Origin: an uncultured Candidatus Saccharibacteria bacterium
Lineage (GTDB): Bacteria; Patescibacteriota; Minisyncoccia; Phycocordibacterales; PALSA-1337
Direction: 5' to 3'
Assembly (NCBI GenBank): GCA_964459225.1
Contig: CAYWKB010000002.1
Location: 2,016-66,015 of the forward strand
Length of the DNA stretch: 64,000 bases
The notes beneath the pieces were generated by a model. It was not told the origin of the DNA. It saw only the letters and a list, made by a program, of their open reading frames with translations, and did no database searches. A program made the position numbers and the translations under genes. Within the stretch, counting starts at the first letter, position 1; each line of letters begins with the position of its first letter. Shown here one piece after another: positions 9,123 through 17,971 of this stretch.

Positions 9123-9581
9123 TCACAATACGTAAGCTTGCTTCAGATCAAAATCGATTACGCGTGCTTGACCTTTATCGATATCTATTTCTTGAAAACA
9201 CACCGCCTTATCAAACATACGGCAGCCTATAATAGTAGGCAAAAAACTCGTATACTCAAAGTGGGTGACTATGATTAGTGTACCCACAGCATCCCTACGT
9301 GGTATGATTATTTGATCGATTACTTCGTTGTGTTTTGGCGCGCATTGTTCTGACGAGTAAAGGATATTTTCGGTTCTATACCTTCCAATACCCAATGTTC
9401 TCATAATAATAGCAGCACTATCGGTGGCTCGAGTAGAAACAGATGATACCAATTCCGTCTCATTTGGGTTAGTAACTGCTGCGATTTTACAAGCAAGCTC
9501 ACTGATTTGTCTTTCACCTGTGGTGGTTAAGGATCCTCTAGCATTGTAATCTCCATGACGAACAACAATTATTTTTTTCAT
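9123..9581 (-). CDS. Histidine phosphatase superfamily protein (SixA-like)
   Basis: IIVVRHG, LTTTGERQ, SS..RA..SA and IIVTH motifs. Confidence 0.85.
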   Translation of the reverse strand: MKKIIVVRHGDYNARGSLTTTGERQISELACKIAAVTNPNETELVSSVSTRATDSAAIIMRTLGIGRYRTENILYSSEQCAPKHNEVIDQIIIPRRDAVGTLIIVTHFEYTSFLPTIIGCRMFDKAVCFQEIDIDKGQARVIDFDLKQAYVL

Positions 9582-9709
9582 AATTTTTGCTTTCTACCTG
9601 AATAATATTAATCAGGCTTTCTGATCAATAATGTAACATATGAGTATAAATAGGCAATTAGGTAGTATTGACCTTACTATTCAAATCGTTTATATTTTAG
9701 TAGTCATTA

Positions 9710-9741
9710 GAAAACGCCAACCTGTGTGGCGTTTTCCTTTT
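9710..9741. terminator. Intrinsic terminator, possibly bidirectional
   Basis: GAAAACGCCA/TGGCGTTTTC 10-bp stem. Confidence 0.7.
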
Positions 9742-9854
9742 ACCTCTAACCTATATAACACTTCTGAAACTTTTGTGATCTAAATGTTTGGCTTTCAGAA
9801 CCTATTATACAAGGTGATGGTATAAAGACAGGCATACAATCCTTAAATTCAATA

Positions 9855-10142
9855 CTATATAATTACTAGAAAAAGTATTCCACTTATAAGTAAGGGTAGA
9901 ACATATAGCACAGAGGCTATGATTGTCTCCGAGTTCGATTTGTTTGATTTCAAGCTTATAAAAAAGGCTGAGGGTAAGGATAATATAAAGATTGCTAACC
10001 CACTCCAAAATAAAGGTTGAATATTGGGGCATGCATTCGGACCTAATCCGCAAGCACCTGCAGTTACAAACATAAAAAATATTACTGCAATTGGAAGTGC
10101 TACGAGAAAAATAGTAGATAAAACTTTAGTTATTATTTTCAT
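9855..10142 (-). CDS. Small membrane protein (about 3 TM)
   Basis: Three hydrophobic segments; likely start MKIITK. Confidence 0.6.
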   Translation of the reverse strand: MKIITKVLSTIFLVALPIAVIFFMFVTAGACGLGPNACPNIQPLFWSGLAIFILSLPSAFFISLKSNKSNSETIIASVLYVLPLLISGILFLVII

Positions 10143-10252
10143 ACAATTAATCTTACCATGAATTAACAACATTCACACATTCATCATTTAATTATTTAAA
10201 ACCATAGCAAATACGAATTTCCATTTTATCTACTTTGAAGCCGTCCTTATAA

Positions 10253-10280
10253 TTGACATATCTATCAAGTATGGTATTGT
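10253..10280 (+). promoter_or_regulatory. Sigma70 promoter
   Basis: TTGACA-N16-TATTGT with TG extension. Confidence 0.55.
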
Positions 10281-10339
10281 ATTTTCGGTGATGTTGCTGG
10301 TAGAAAACTAGCATTAACAATTAAACGAAAGTTTGTCAG

Positions 10340-11002
10340 ATGAAAACAAGTGGAAGTATCCCAGAAATCATTCGTAACAGCAGCGATGTCTATGAGGGAA
10401 ATCTTATAGAATATTTCAAAATTGTGTTCAGAAGCGCAAACAACCTTCGAAATCCGTACCATAATTTCAGGCACATGTTCCATGTGCTTTGGCTATGCTA
10501 CCAAGCATGCATATTCTACGGAGATAGGTTGACGAAGCGAGAGAAGAGGAATTTGCTGATCGCTGCCCTTTTTCATGACTTCAATCACACAGGTACTCAA
10601 GTCAACGATGATATCAACATTATGCTGGCAACCAGGGGTCTGATGCAATTTATACTGAATGAAGACCGAACCTATTTCATGGAAATCATTGAACTTATAA
10701 AATGCACCGAATACCCATACAAGACTCCATCTGGAGAGATTGGTCTCATGCAGCAAGTAATTCGTGACGCTGACTTAGGCCAAGTATTCAGCACTGCATG
10801 GATTCAACAAGTAGTATTTGGTCTGGCTACGGAGTGGAATAGGGAGCCTCTAGACATACTCAAAATACAAGCTCCTTTCTTAAGATATCTAAGATTCTAT
10901 AGCGAATGGGGACAAGAGATGTTCCCTGAATCAGTCATCAAAGAAAAAATTGATGAGGCGAATGAAATACTTGGTTTGCTAACCGATACGGGTGTTCAGT
11001 AA
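10340..11002 (+). CDS. HD-domain metal-dependent phosphohydrolase (PDEase-like)
   Basis: NPYHNFRH, AALFHDFNH and IRDADL motifs. Confidence 0.88.
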   Translation: MKTSGSIPEIIRNSSDVYEGNLIEYFKIVFRSANNLRNPYHNFRHMFHVLWLCYQACIFYGDRLTKREKRNLLIAALFHDFNHTGTQVNDDINIMLATRGLMQFILNEDRTYFMEIIELIKCTEYPYKTPSGEIGLMQQVIRDADLGQVFSTAWIQQVVFGLATEWNREPLDILKIQAPFLRYLRFYSEWGQEMFPESVIKEKIDEANEILGLLTDTGVQ

Positions 11003-11028
11003 TCATTCTGACACCAGAAAAAAACATC

Positions 11029-11057
11029 AACCGAGTCCTTGGGCTCGGTTGTTTTTT
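11029..11057 (+). terminator. Intrinsic terminator
   Basis: AACCGAGTCC..GGGCTCGGTT followed by a T tract. Confidence 0.75.
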
Positions 11058-11290
11058 ATTTAAAATATTTCACAAAGCTCAGTCTGGATGTTCGATTTGC
11101 CTCCCAGGCATCATGTAAGTAAAAGAAAATACCGGACAGGCCGGTACCTTCTTTTACGCATGAACCCATTGCGTGGCTTTCAGAACTTACTAAACAGGGA
11201 GATTATATCAAAAGTAGTATTCAAAATCTTTCCTTGCTTATGGTCCGATAAGCTCACAACATTCACTCATTCACTTTGTACGATATAAAA

Positions 11291-11325
11291 AAGTGCCCAC
11301 ACCCTCCGAAGAGAATAGGGCACTT
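11291..11325 (-). terminator. Intrinsic terminator
   Basis: AAGTGCCC..GGGCACTT with an A run on the left (U tract on the minus strand). Confidence 0.65.
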
Positions 11326-11327
11326 GA

Positions 11328-11912
11328 TTAACGACGGTTCTTGAACGCTATTACTAACGCCAAGCTTCCGTTACCCAGTAAACCTACGCACACTGGGTGA
11401 ATGAACTGTTGCCACGTAGTGGTCTTGTCCAGCAAAAGAGCTGTTGTCATCAAGACGTATGTTGTCGTGGCGAGAGCCCAAGGAAGCACTTGCTCCTTTG
11501 CAACTCCTGCCAAAACTCCACGAATGGCGGGTATGAATGAAACGAGCATCGCTGTCTGTAGTAGCAGGTTTGCCAATACAGGGTCTTTGCTCAATTTCCA
11601 CATCACACCAACCACGATAGCAATCACGCCCGCCACGATGTCGAACCTGTTGATTTTACTGAACTTCCCTCGATAGAATGCGTAGAAGAAAATCGCGAGA
11701 AGACCAACGGTTGAGGCGAGAGTAACGCTAGATTTCCAAGGGTTGTGTCCGTTCGTCAGAAAGTAGGTGGCAAGGTTCATCACCGAGACCACCGACCTCA
11801 CGAAAAACGTAACAGGATTTGGAGTGATTTTGCCCTGTGCGGTTTTCACCAGATACAGGACAGGGACTACGAGCAGGATTATGCTCGCAATCAATAACAG
11901 AATGTTGTTCAC
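11328..11912 (-). CDS. Multi-pass membrane protein (two internal repeats, PQ-loop/SWEET-like layout)
   Basis: 194 aa, about 7 TM; VLYLVKTAQGKITPN is echoed by IPAIRGVLAGVAKEQ; GC-richer than the core genes. Confidence 0.65.
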   Translation of the reverse strand: MNNILLLIASIILLVVPVLYLVKTAQGKITPNPVTFFVRSVVSVMNLATYFLTNGHNPWKSSVTLASTVGLLAIFFYAFYRGKFSKINRFDIVAGVIAIVVGVMWKLSKDPVLANLLLQTAMLVSFIPAIRGVLAGVAKEQVLPWALATTTYVLMTTALLLDKTTTWQQFIHPVCVGLLGNGSLALVIAFKNRR

Positions 11913-12314
11913 GAGCTATCCTTTTGTTTGGGTTTGTTGTAAAAAGCCTATTCGTACCAACACTTGTATCATAACATATAAATAATACATTGTCTATAGT
12001 TATTTCAGAACTAGAGAAATAGTGTTATTTATAAACGTTTTTATAACAACTTATTAAATTTATAAAATTTTTACTATGCGAATTGTGACCAACAACGGGA
12101 CATACGTCGAACTTTTGTAGAAGTACTTAAGTTGTTGACAATCTCTAATACCGAATACTCTTCGGATACTAAAAAGTAAGATCTTACTGATTGAGTACCT
12201 GTAAGACCAAGTATGCGGGAGACTCGTAGATAGTGAATATCACTTGTACGTTACATAGTCTTACGATACTATATACGTGGATTAGTAACATACTTCACGT
12301 AACCCTCACAAACT

Positions 12315-12541
12315 ATGAGTGACTCAAAGCTAGACAAATACCTGGAAAGAGTAGGGCACACGGAGTGTCCTGGTGTTCTAAATCAATGTGAACCGAGAGG
12401 AAGACATTACCATCAGCGGAGTAAGACAGAATTGCTTCGATCAATAGGCGTTTAAGAAGGATTTGATCAAAATCACCAGAACACCAATCGCATGTACGTG
12501 CTGTTCAGGTATCTGATAGTATCGCATCTAACAGTTACTAG
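12315..12541 (+). pseudogene. Degenerate tandem paralog of 12565-12792
   Basis: Aligns end to end (HTECPGVL/HTEFPTVL, SPEHQSHVRA/SPEHQLYVRA) with a 1-nt deletion and in-frame TAA and TGA. Confidence 0.8.
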
Positions 12542-12564
12542 GGTAACACAAAGGAGCACCTCAT

Positions 12565-12792
12565 ATGGAAACCAATGAAGTTGATCAGTTTCTTTCCCAA
12601 CTCAAGCATACTGAATTCCCAACAGTTCTGGAAGTATTTGACATTGAACGACAAAAGATGTCACTGGATGATCAATCAAATATTGCCAAACTTTCTGACT
12701 TATTAGACCTTGTTCGGGCTAGTTCCCCGGAACACCAATTATATGTGCGTGCATCTGACCGTACGGATTCGTTGTCCTTCACTAGTGATTAA
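12565..12792 (+). CDS. Hypothetical protein (75 aa)
   Basis: AAGGAG Shine-Dalgarno, a paralog upstream and a terminator downstream. Confidence 0.7.
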   Translation: METNEVDQFLSQLKHTEFPTVLEVFDIERQKMSLDDQSNIAKLSDLLDLVRASSPEHQLYVRASDRTDSLSFTSD

Positions 12793-12812
12793 TAATCTAA
12801 TTGCGAATCTCC

Positions 12813-12837
12813 AAGAGGGCTGTCAAAGGCCCTCTTT
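12813..12837 (+). terminator. Intrinsic terminator
   Basis: AAGAGGGC..GCCCTCTTT. Confidence 0.65.
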
Positions 12838-12961
12838 CTGTTGAATCAACGACTCGCTTATCTACATTTACAAGAGTGCTGTACAAAGGTCATATAGTCT
12901 AGCAATCAACACATACTTGTGTTTTGTGGTATATGGTAAAAGTTGCAGGACATGGCAAGTG

Positions 12962-13033
12962 TGACCCTACAGGGAATCGAACCCTGATTACCGCCTTGAG
13001 AAGGCGATGTCCTAGCCGTTAGACGATAGGGCC
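12962..13033 (-). tRNA. tRNA-Glu (CTC)
   Basis: Reverse complement GGCCCTATCGTCTAACGGCTAGGACATCGCCTTCTCAAGGCGGTAATCAGGGTTCGATTCCCTGTAGGGTCA folds as a cloverleaf; CCA not encoded. Confidence 0.96.
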
Positions 13034-13057
13034 GTATTTTATTTATTACTATTACTT

Positions 13058-13158
13058 AAAGGGGTGAAATATGTGTCTTGAAAGCCCGAGGACTGTCTGA
13101 GCGTAGCGATAGCGAAGCGAGTTACGCAGGGCTTGAAAGACATATATTTCACCCCTTT
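13058..13158. repeat. Long REP-like hairpin element 1
   Basis: 30-bp arms with 27/30 pairing; the loop contains GCGTAGC and GCGAAGC mini-hairpin motifs. Confidence 0.8.
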
Positions 13159-13175
13159 CTAAAATAACTCAAAAA

Positions 13176-14441
13176 TTACTTCTTAGCAAGCCATTCTGGC
13201 TCCTGTCTTACGAGTAAATCAGTGGCATTTTCACCATCACGCAAAAGTACTTTACATATCCTTTCCATTCTCATTGATTGAGAGCCTTTAACAAAAACAA
13301 CATCACCACTTGCAACAGTGCCCTTTAAATATTCAGAAGCTTCAATTGAATTATTGAATTTAATAGCATTATTGCTCATCACTTTTGATCTTTGACCAAC
13401 AGTAATCAAAATGTCGCATGATTGCATGGCTTGTATTCCAGCCTTTTTATGTTCTTCAATCGAAAAGCTACCAAGCTCCATCATATCTCCAATCACTGCT
13501 ATTCTCTTGCCACTTACTTGAAGTGACGCAAGAGTATTTAATCCCTCTTTTAATGCATCAGGAGATGAATTATAGCTATCATCTATTATTGTACTGCCAT
13601 TTATACCTCTCAAAATATTCATTCTACCTCTTGGCGATACATGCTTATCAAGTGAATTAATTATTTTAACTAGAGGAACATTTTTAGTTATACCAACTGC
13701 AATACCTGCAATTACTGGATATATCTGTTGCAATCCTAAAATTCCTTTAATTTTAATGGGCACACTATTGCCCTGTGTATTTATTTTAAATGACATGCCC
13801 ATTGGTATGCTTTCATTGTCATAAATGATTACTGGATCAGAGGCATTTACTGTTGCGATCTGCTTCATACCATATGATATACATTTTTGACTTACGCCTT
13901 TTGACATTTCAATCACTAACTTATCATCAGCAGAAAGGACAAGAACCCCATCAGATTTCAAAGTTTTTATTAAAAATGATTTTTCCTTAACCAAATCAGC
14001 GACAGTTGGGAATGCTTCAATATGTACAGGTACTTCCCCTATTTTAGTAATCACAACAATATCAGACTTTAGCCACTTTGATACACTTTGAATATCCCCC
14101 GGATGATCAGCACCAACTTCAAGCACTAAACATTTTGGATATTCAGATTTAAATAAAATCAATTCAAGTCCAACCAAAATATTTTCAATCCATGCAATAG
14201 GATCGCTCCATCCATTTTGACAACCAAGAATAGTTAATGGAACACCTATTTCGCTATTAAAACTTTTTTCACTTTTCCTAACATAAGTTGTATCAGATAA
14301 AACAGTAAAAATAGCATCCTTAGTAGATGTTTTACCAACACTTCCTGTTATTGAAATAATAAACGGATTGTACTTTTTGATAATTAATTTTGATTCAAAA
14401 ATCAAAATATTTGTAATAACTTTTTTAAAAAATGATTTCAT
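13176..14441 (-). CDS. murF: UDP-MurNAc-tripeptide:D-Ala-D-Ala ligase
   Basis: ITGSVGKTSTK, FNSEIGVP, DDSYNSSP, GDMMELG, VKGSQ. Confidence 0.93.
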   Translation of the reverse strand: MKSFFKKVITNILIFESKLIIKKYNPFIISITGSVGKTSTKDAIFTVLSDTTYVRKSEKSFNSEIGVPLTILGCQNGWSDPIAWIENILVGLELILFKSEYPKCLVLEVGADHPGDIQSVSKWLKSDIVVITKIGEVPVHIEAFPTVADLVKEKSFLIKTLKSDGVLVLSADDKLVIEMSKGVSQKCISYGMKQIATVNASDPVIIYDNESIPMGMSFKINTQGNSVPIKIKGILGLQQIYPVIAGIAVGITKNVPLVKIINSLDKHVSPRGRMNILRGINGSTIIDDSYNSSPDALKEGLNTLASLQVSGKRIAVIGDMMELGSFSIEEHKKAGIQAMQSCDILITVGQRSKVMSNNAIKFNNSIEASEYLKGTVASGDVVFVKGSQSMRMERICKVLLRDGENATDLLVRQEPEWLAKK

Positions 14442-14446
14442 GGAAA

Positions 14447-16156
14447 TTATCTATCTGGTGGTATTTCGTAATAATTGATAAGTAACTTTGTCAGCTGAAT
14501 AAATGGATCTGTAAGGGTTTCGGAAGCGTATTGTGCACCCTTTGGATATATATGGTATAGGAAAACAATAAATTTAGGATTATAAGCTGGGAAATATCCA
14601 AAAAATGAATGCAAATACCTGTCTTTATAATACCCTCCATTTACAGGATCTGCAATCTGAGCAGTACCTGTCTTGGCTGCAATACTATAATGTTCCATTT
14701 TTACCTCGCCTTTTTTTAATGATTTATCAACGACGTTTATAAGCATATTTGTAACATCTTTTACTGATTCTTCATCAAATATTCTCTTACTTTTTATTTC
14801 TATATCCTTTTGATTACCATTTGTATACTCTATTCTTTTAATTATATGTGGAGTAACTAAATTGCCACCATTTGCAAGAGTAGCAAGTGCAGTAATTGTT
14901 TGAATTGGTGTCATTGATATTCCCTGTCCATATGATGCAGTTGCGATTTCAATATCTCTATGAGAAATTAGATTTTTAACTATTCCAGTTTGCTCATTTG
15001 GTTGATCGATATTTGTCTTTTCACCAAAACCTAAATTCAAAAAATATTTTGAAAAAGTTTCAGGTCCTGTTTTTAATGCAATTGTTGCTGCACCAACGTT
15101 TAATGATTGACTTAATACCTCTTGCATTGGTATTACACCTCTTGCCTTTCCATCGTAATTTGATATTTTCCTTCCATTAAGATTTAATGATCCTTCATCA
15201 TTATATGTTGACCTTGCATTAATCGCTCCAGAATCAATACCCACAGCCATTGTTAAAGGTTTAATAATCGAACCCATTTCATATGCGTCCTCTACAAGTG
15301 GATTAGAAAATATTCTCGCATCTTTTACATTTGATAAATCATTGGCATTAAAATTCGGTAATTTTGACATTGCATATATTTCGCCAGTATTTGGATCCAT
15401 AATTATTCCACCAATAGAATCAGAATTCCATTTTTCTTTTGTATCTAAAAGTGTCTTTTCAAGATATGAAGCAACTGTTGGTTCAATAGATGAGATTATA
15501 TCCCCTTCAACATTTTCTGAGCTCAACACTGTTTTTCTTAAATCAGAAAAAACCTCAGCAAAAAAATTAATATTACTCTGAGTTGATTTCCTAGTTAATA
15601 CATCTTCATAAAATCTCTCAAGACCATATCGTCCCGCCAATGCATTTGTCCTATCAAGCCCAATAAGTCCGATGGTATGTGATGAAAGTGAGTCTGCAGG
15701 ATATACGCGATAATTATCTTGTTGTGCAACAACGCCAGGTATATGAAGAGAATAAATTGACTGACCAGTTGCGGTATCAAGCTTTTTAATTAATTCAAAA
15801 TACTGATTGCTTTTATCATTTGCCTTTTCCTTAAATTGACCTTCTTCTATATCAATATATTGAGTTAATGCATCATAAACTTGATCAACATTTTGTATGT
15901 TTTTTGGATTAATTGAAATATTATAGCTTTGCTTCATAGTTGCAACCGCTATTTTGTCATCATTTTTTAAAGTAAAAAAAATACTTCCCCTATCAAAACC
16001 TTTTACATTAGGTTTAACATATTGCTTTTCTGCTTTTGAAATATATGTATCGCCTTTTATAATCTGAACATAGTAAAGTCTAAATACTATAACTAGTACA
16101 AAAAAAGAAATACAAGCTAAAATTATTCTAGTTCTAAATACAAAATTAGATTCCAT
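14447..16156 (-). CDS. ftsI: Class B penicillin-binding protein (FtsI/PBP3)
   Basis: GSIIKP (SxxK), SLN (SxN), KTGTAQ; position in the dcw cluster. Confidence 0.88.
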   Translation of the reverse strand: MESNFVFRTRIILACISFFVLVIVFRLYYVQIIKGDTYISKAEKQYVKPNVKGFDRGSIFFTLKNDDKIAVATMKQSYNISINPKNIQNVDQVYDALTQYIDIEEGQFKEKANDKSNQYFELIKKLDTATGQSIYSLHIPGVVAQQDNYRVYPADSLSSHTIGLIGLDRTNALAGRYGLERFYEDVLTRKSTQSNINFFAEVFSDLRKTVLSSENVEGDIISSIEPTVASYLEKTLLDTKEKWNSDSIGGIIMDPNTGEIYAMSKLPNFNANDLSNVKDARIFSNPLVEDAYEMGSIIKPLTMAVGIDSGAINARSTYNDEGSLNLNGRKISNYDGKARGVIPMQEVLSQSLNVGAATIALKTGPETFSKYFLNLGFGEKTNIDQPNEQTGIVKNLISHRDIEIATASYGQGISMTPIQTITALATLANGGNLVTPHIIKRIEYTNGNQKDIEIKSKRIFDEESVKDVTNMLINVVDKSLKKGEVKMEHYSIAAKTGTAQIADPVNGGYYKDRYLHSFFGYFPAYNPKFIVFLYHIYPKGAQYASETLTDPFIQLTKLLINYYEIPPDR

Positions 16157-16475
16157 TTTGATTAGCCATAGCAGTGATTTTACCTTTTGAAATATATGAT
16201 GTTATTTCAGTACTCTTAAATCCCTTTGCATTTGCTAATTCAATATTAATTGAATTTTTGATTGTAAAATATTTTGCCTCTAATTCACTTACTGTTGTAC
16301 CCAAAACTCTATTTTCCTTAACTATTTTTTCCCTTTCAACTACATTTGAAATAACATTTTGCAAAAAATATACATATAAAAATGACAGAGACATAATACC
16401 AACAATTAAAATTTGAAAAATCCTATCTCTATAACTAAATACTGTATTAATATTATTTGCTATTACTTGTGTCAT
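16146..16475 (-). CDS. FtsL-like cell division protein
   Basis: One TM plus coiled coil, between rsmH and ftsI. Confidence 0.65.
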   Translation of the reverse strand: MTQVIANNINTVFSYRDRIFQILIVGIMSLSFLYVYFLQNVISNVVEREKIVKENRVLGTTVSELEAKYFTIKNSINIELANAKGFKSTEITSYISKGKITAMANQNGI

Positions 16476-16477
16476 GT

Positions 16478-17380
16478 TTATATTTTTTCTAATATTCTTA
16501 ATTTTGCACTTCTTGATCTTGCATTATTTGAAATTTCTTCTTCACTTGGTGTTATTGGTCTTTTTGTAATTATGAGACCATCACCCGCATCTGCTCTTTC
16601 TTTATTAAAATTTTTAACAATTCTATCTTCCAAACTGTGGAATGAAATCACTGCTATTCTGCCTCCCTTTTCCAATCTTTCAAATCCATTTACTAGACCC
16701 TTTTTTAAAGTATTTAACTCATCATTTACTGCAATTCTCAAGGCTTGAAATGTCTTTGTTGCTGGATGTAATCTTCCATGTCTATAAAATGAAGGTACGG
16801 CACTTGTTATGATTTCAACCAATTCGCTTGTTGTTTCAATTGATTTCTTTTGTCTATAATTTGCTATTGCCCTAGCTATTCTTCTTGAATACTTTTCTTC
16901 ACCATAACCATATATAACATCTGCAATATTGTTTTCCTCCCAAGTATTTACAATTATTTTTGCTGTTAAATCACCTTCTACAAAATCCTTTTTAAAGGTC
17001 ATAAGTAGTGGCTCATCATTTTTAAATGTAAATCCTCTGCCAGATGTTTCAAATTGATCTGATGAAAGTCCTAAATCAAGCATAATCCTATTTACCTTTT
17101 TTATATTTAATTTATCTAGTACTGATGAAATGTCACCATAACTAGATTCAATTAAATGAATTTTTGCATCATTGTATTTTGCAAGTCTTTCTTTTGATCT
17201 TTTTAGAGCTTCTGTATCTCTATCAAGACCAATTGCTGTTATGTTTTTATATTTACTTAAAACATAATCAGTGTGACCTGCACTTCCCAATGTTCCATCA
17301 AGATAAATATCGCCATCTTGGATATTTAGACCATCAATTGATTCTTTTAAAAGAACTGTCTTATGTATCAAATTATCCAT
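16478..17380 (-). CDS. rsmH: 16S rRNA m4C1402 methyltransferase
   Basis: HKTVLL, DLGLSS, FQALRIAVN, ISFHSLEDR, RSRSAKLR. Confidence 0.97.
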   Translation of the reverse strand: MDNLIHKTVLLKESIDGLNIQDGDIYLDGTLGSAGHTDYVLSKYKNITAIGLDRDTEALKRSKERLAKYNDAKIHLIESSYGDISSVLDKLNIKKVNRIMLDLGLSSDQFETSGRGFTFKNDEPLLMTFKKDFVEGDLTAKIIVNTWEENNIADVIYGYGEEKYSRRIARAIANYRQKKSIETTSELVEIITSAVPSFYRHGRLHPATKTFQALRIAVNDELNTLKKGLVNGFERLEKGGRIAVISFHSLEDRIVKNFNKERADAGDGLIITKRPITPSEEEISNNARSRSAKLRILEKI

Positions 17381-17386
17381 ATACTG

Positions 17387-17830
17387 TTATATTATTCCTA
17401 CTGATCCCAGCTTTTCGGCTAATGCATCAGTTTTCTTTTCAACAGTTGTACGATAACTCGACCATACTTTTTCATCCCAAACTTCAACTCTATTTAGAAC
17501 ACCTATTATTGCAACTTTTTCTTTTAAACCTGCATGTTCACAAAGATGAGTTGGAATAAGTATTCTACCTATTGAGTCTACTTCAACCTCTGTAGCACGA
17601 CCGAATATTATTCGGTTAAAGTTACGATTATCAGCTTGCAAAACTGATGAAGAATCTGGTCTCGATAGTCTCTCTGCGAATTCTTGCCATCCCTTTAAAG
17701 TAAAAATGAAGAGACAGCTATCTATCCCGGGAGCAATGACTACAGTGTTTCCCATTTCCTTTCTAAATTTAGAAGGAAGAGAAACTCTGCTTTTGTCGTC
17801 TATCGTGTGCAGATGTTCTCCGATTAGCAT
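17387..17830 (-). CDS. mraZ: Transcriptional regulator MraZ
   Basis: DDKSRVSLP and DSIGRILIP repeats; first gene of the dcw cluster. Confidence 0.96.
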   Translation of the reverse strand: MLIGEHLHTIDDKSRVSLPSKFRKEMGNTVVIAPGIDSCLFIFTLKGWQEFAERLSRPDSSSVLQADNRNFNRIIFGRATEVEVDSIGRILIPTHLCEHAGLKEKVAIIGVLNRVEVWDEKVWSSYRTTVEKKTDALAEKLGSVGII

Positions 17831-17854
17831 AACTTTTTTGTGAAAAGAAATTAT

Positions 17855-17892
17855 TTCCTACTTCTTCCCACTTACATACCATTTTATCCCAC
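17855..17892 (-). promoter_or_regulatory. MraZ operator (GTGGG-like direct repeats)
   Basis: Minus-strand GTGGG/ATGGT/GTGGG/GTAGG boxes at 10-11 nt period upstream of mraZ. Confidence 0.75.
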
Positions 17893-17971
17893 ATCACTTA
17901 ACAATGCAAACAAAATTGCCCACTTTATGTGGACAACTTTGTAAAAAATATTTAATTAGAAAAATTTAATA

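Noticed and set aside
11088-11288. 66-aa plus-strand ORF between two terminators
   Set aside because: No clear promoter or RBS and no motif; it may be a remnant but cannot be supported.
12315-12541. Stop-codon recoding (TGA as Gly, code 25)
   Set aside because: The same copy also has an in-frame TAA and a frameshift, and TGA terminates intact genes such as mnmA.
3130-13033. Prophage or integrative element with att sites at tRNA-Glu
   Set aside because: I found no duplicate of the tRNA 3' end at the left border and no integrase or phage structural genes.
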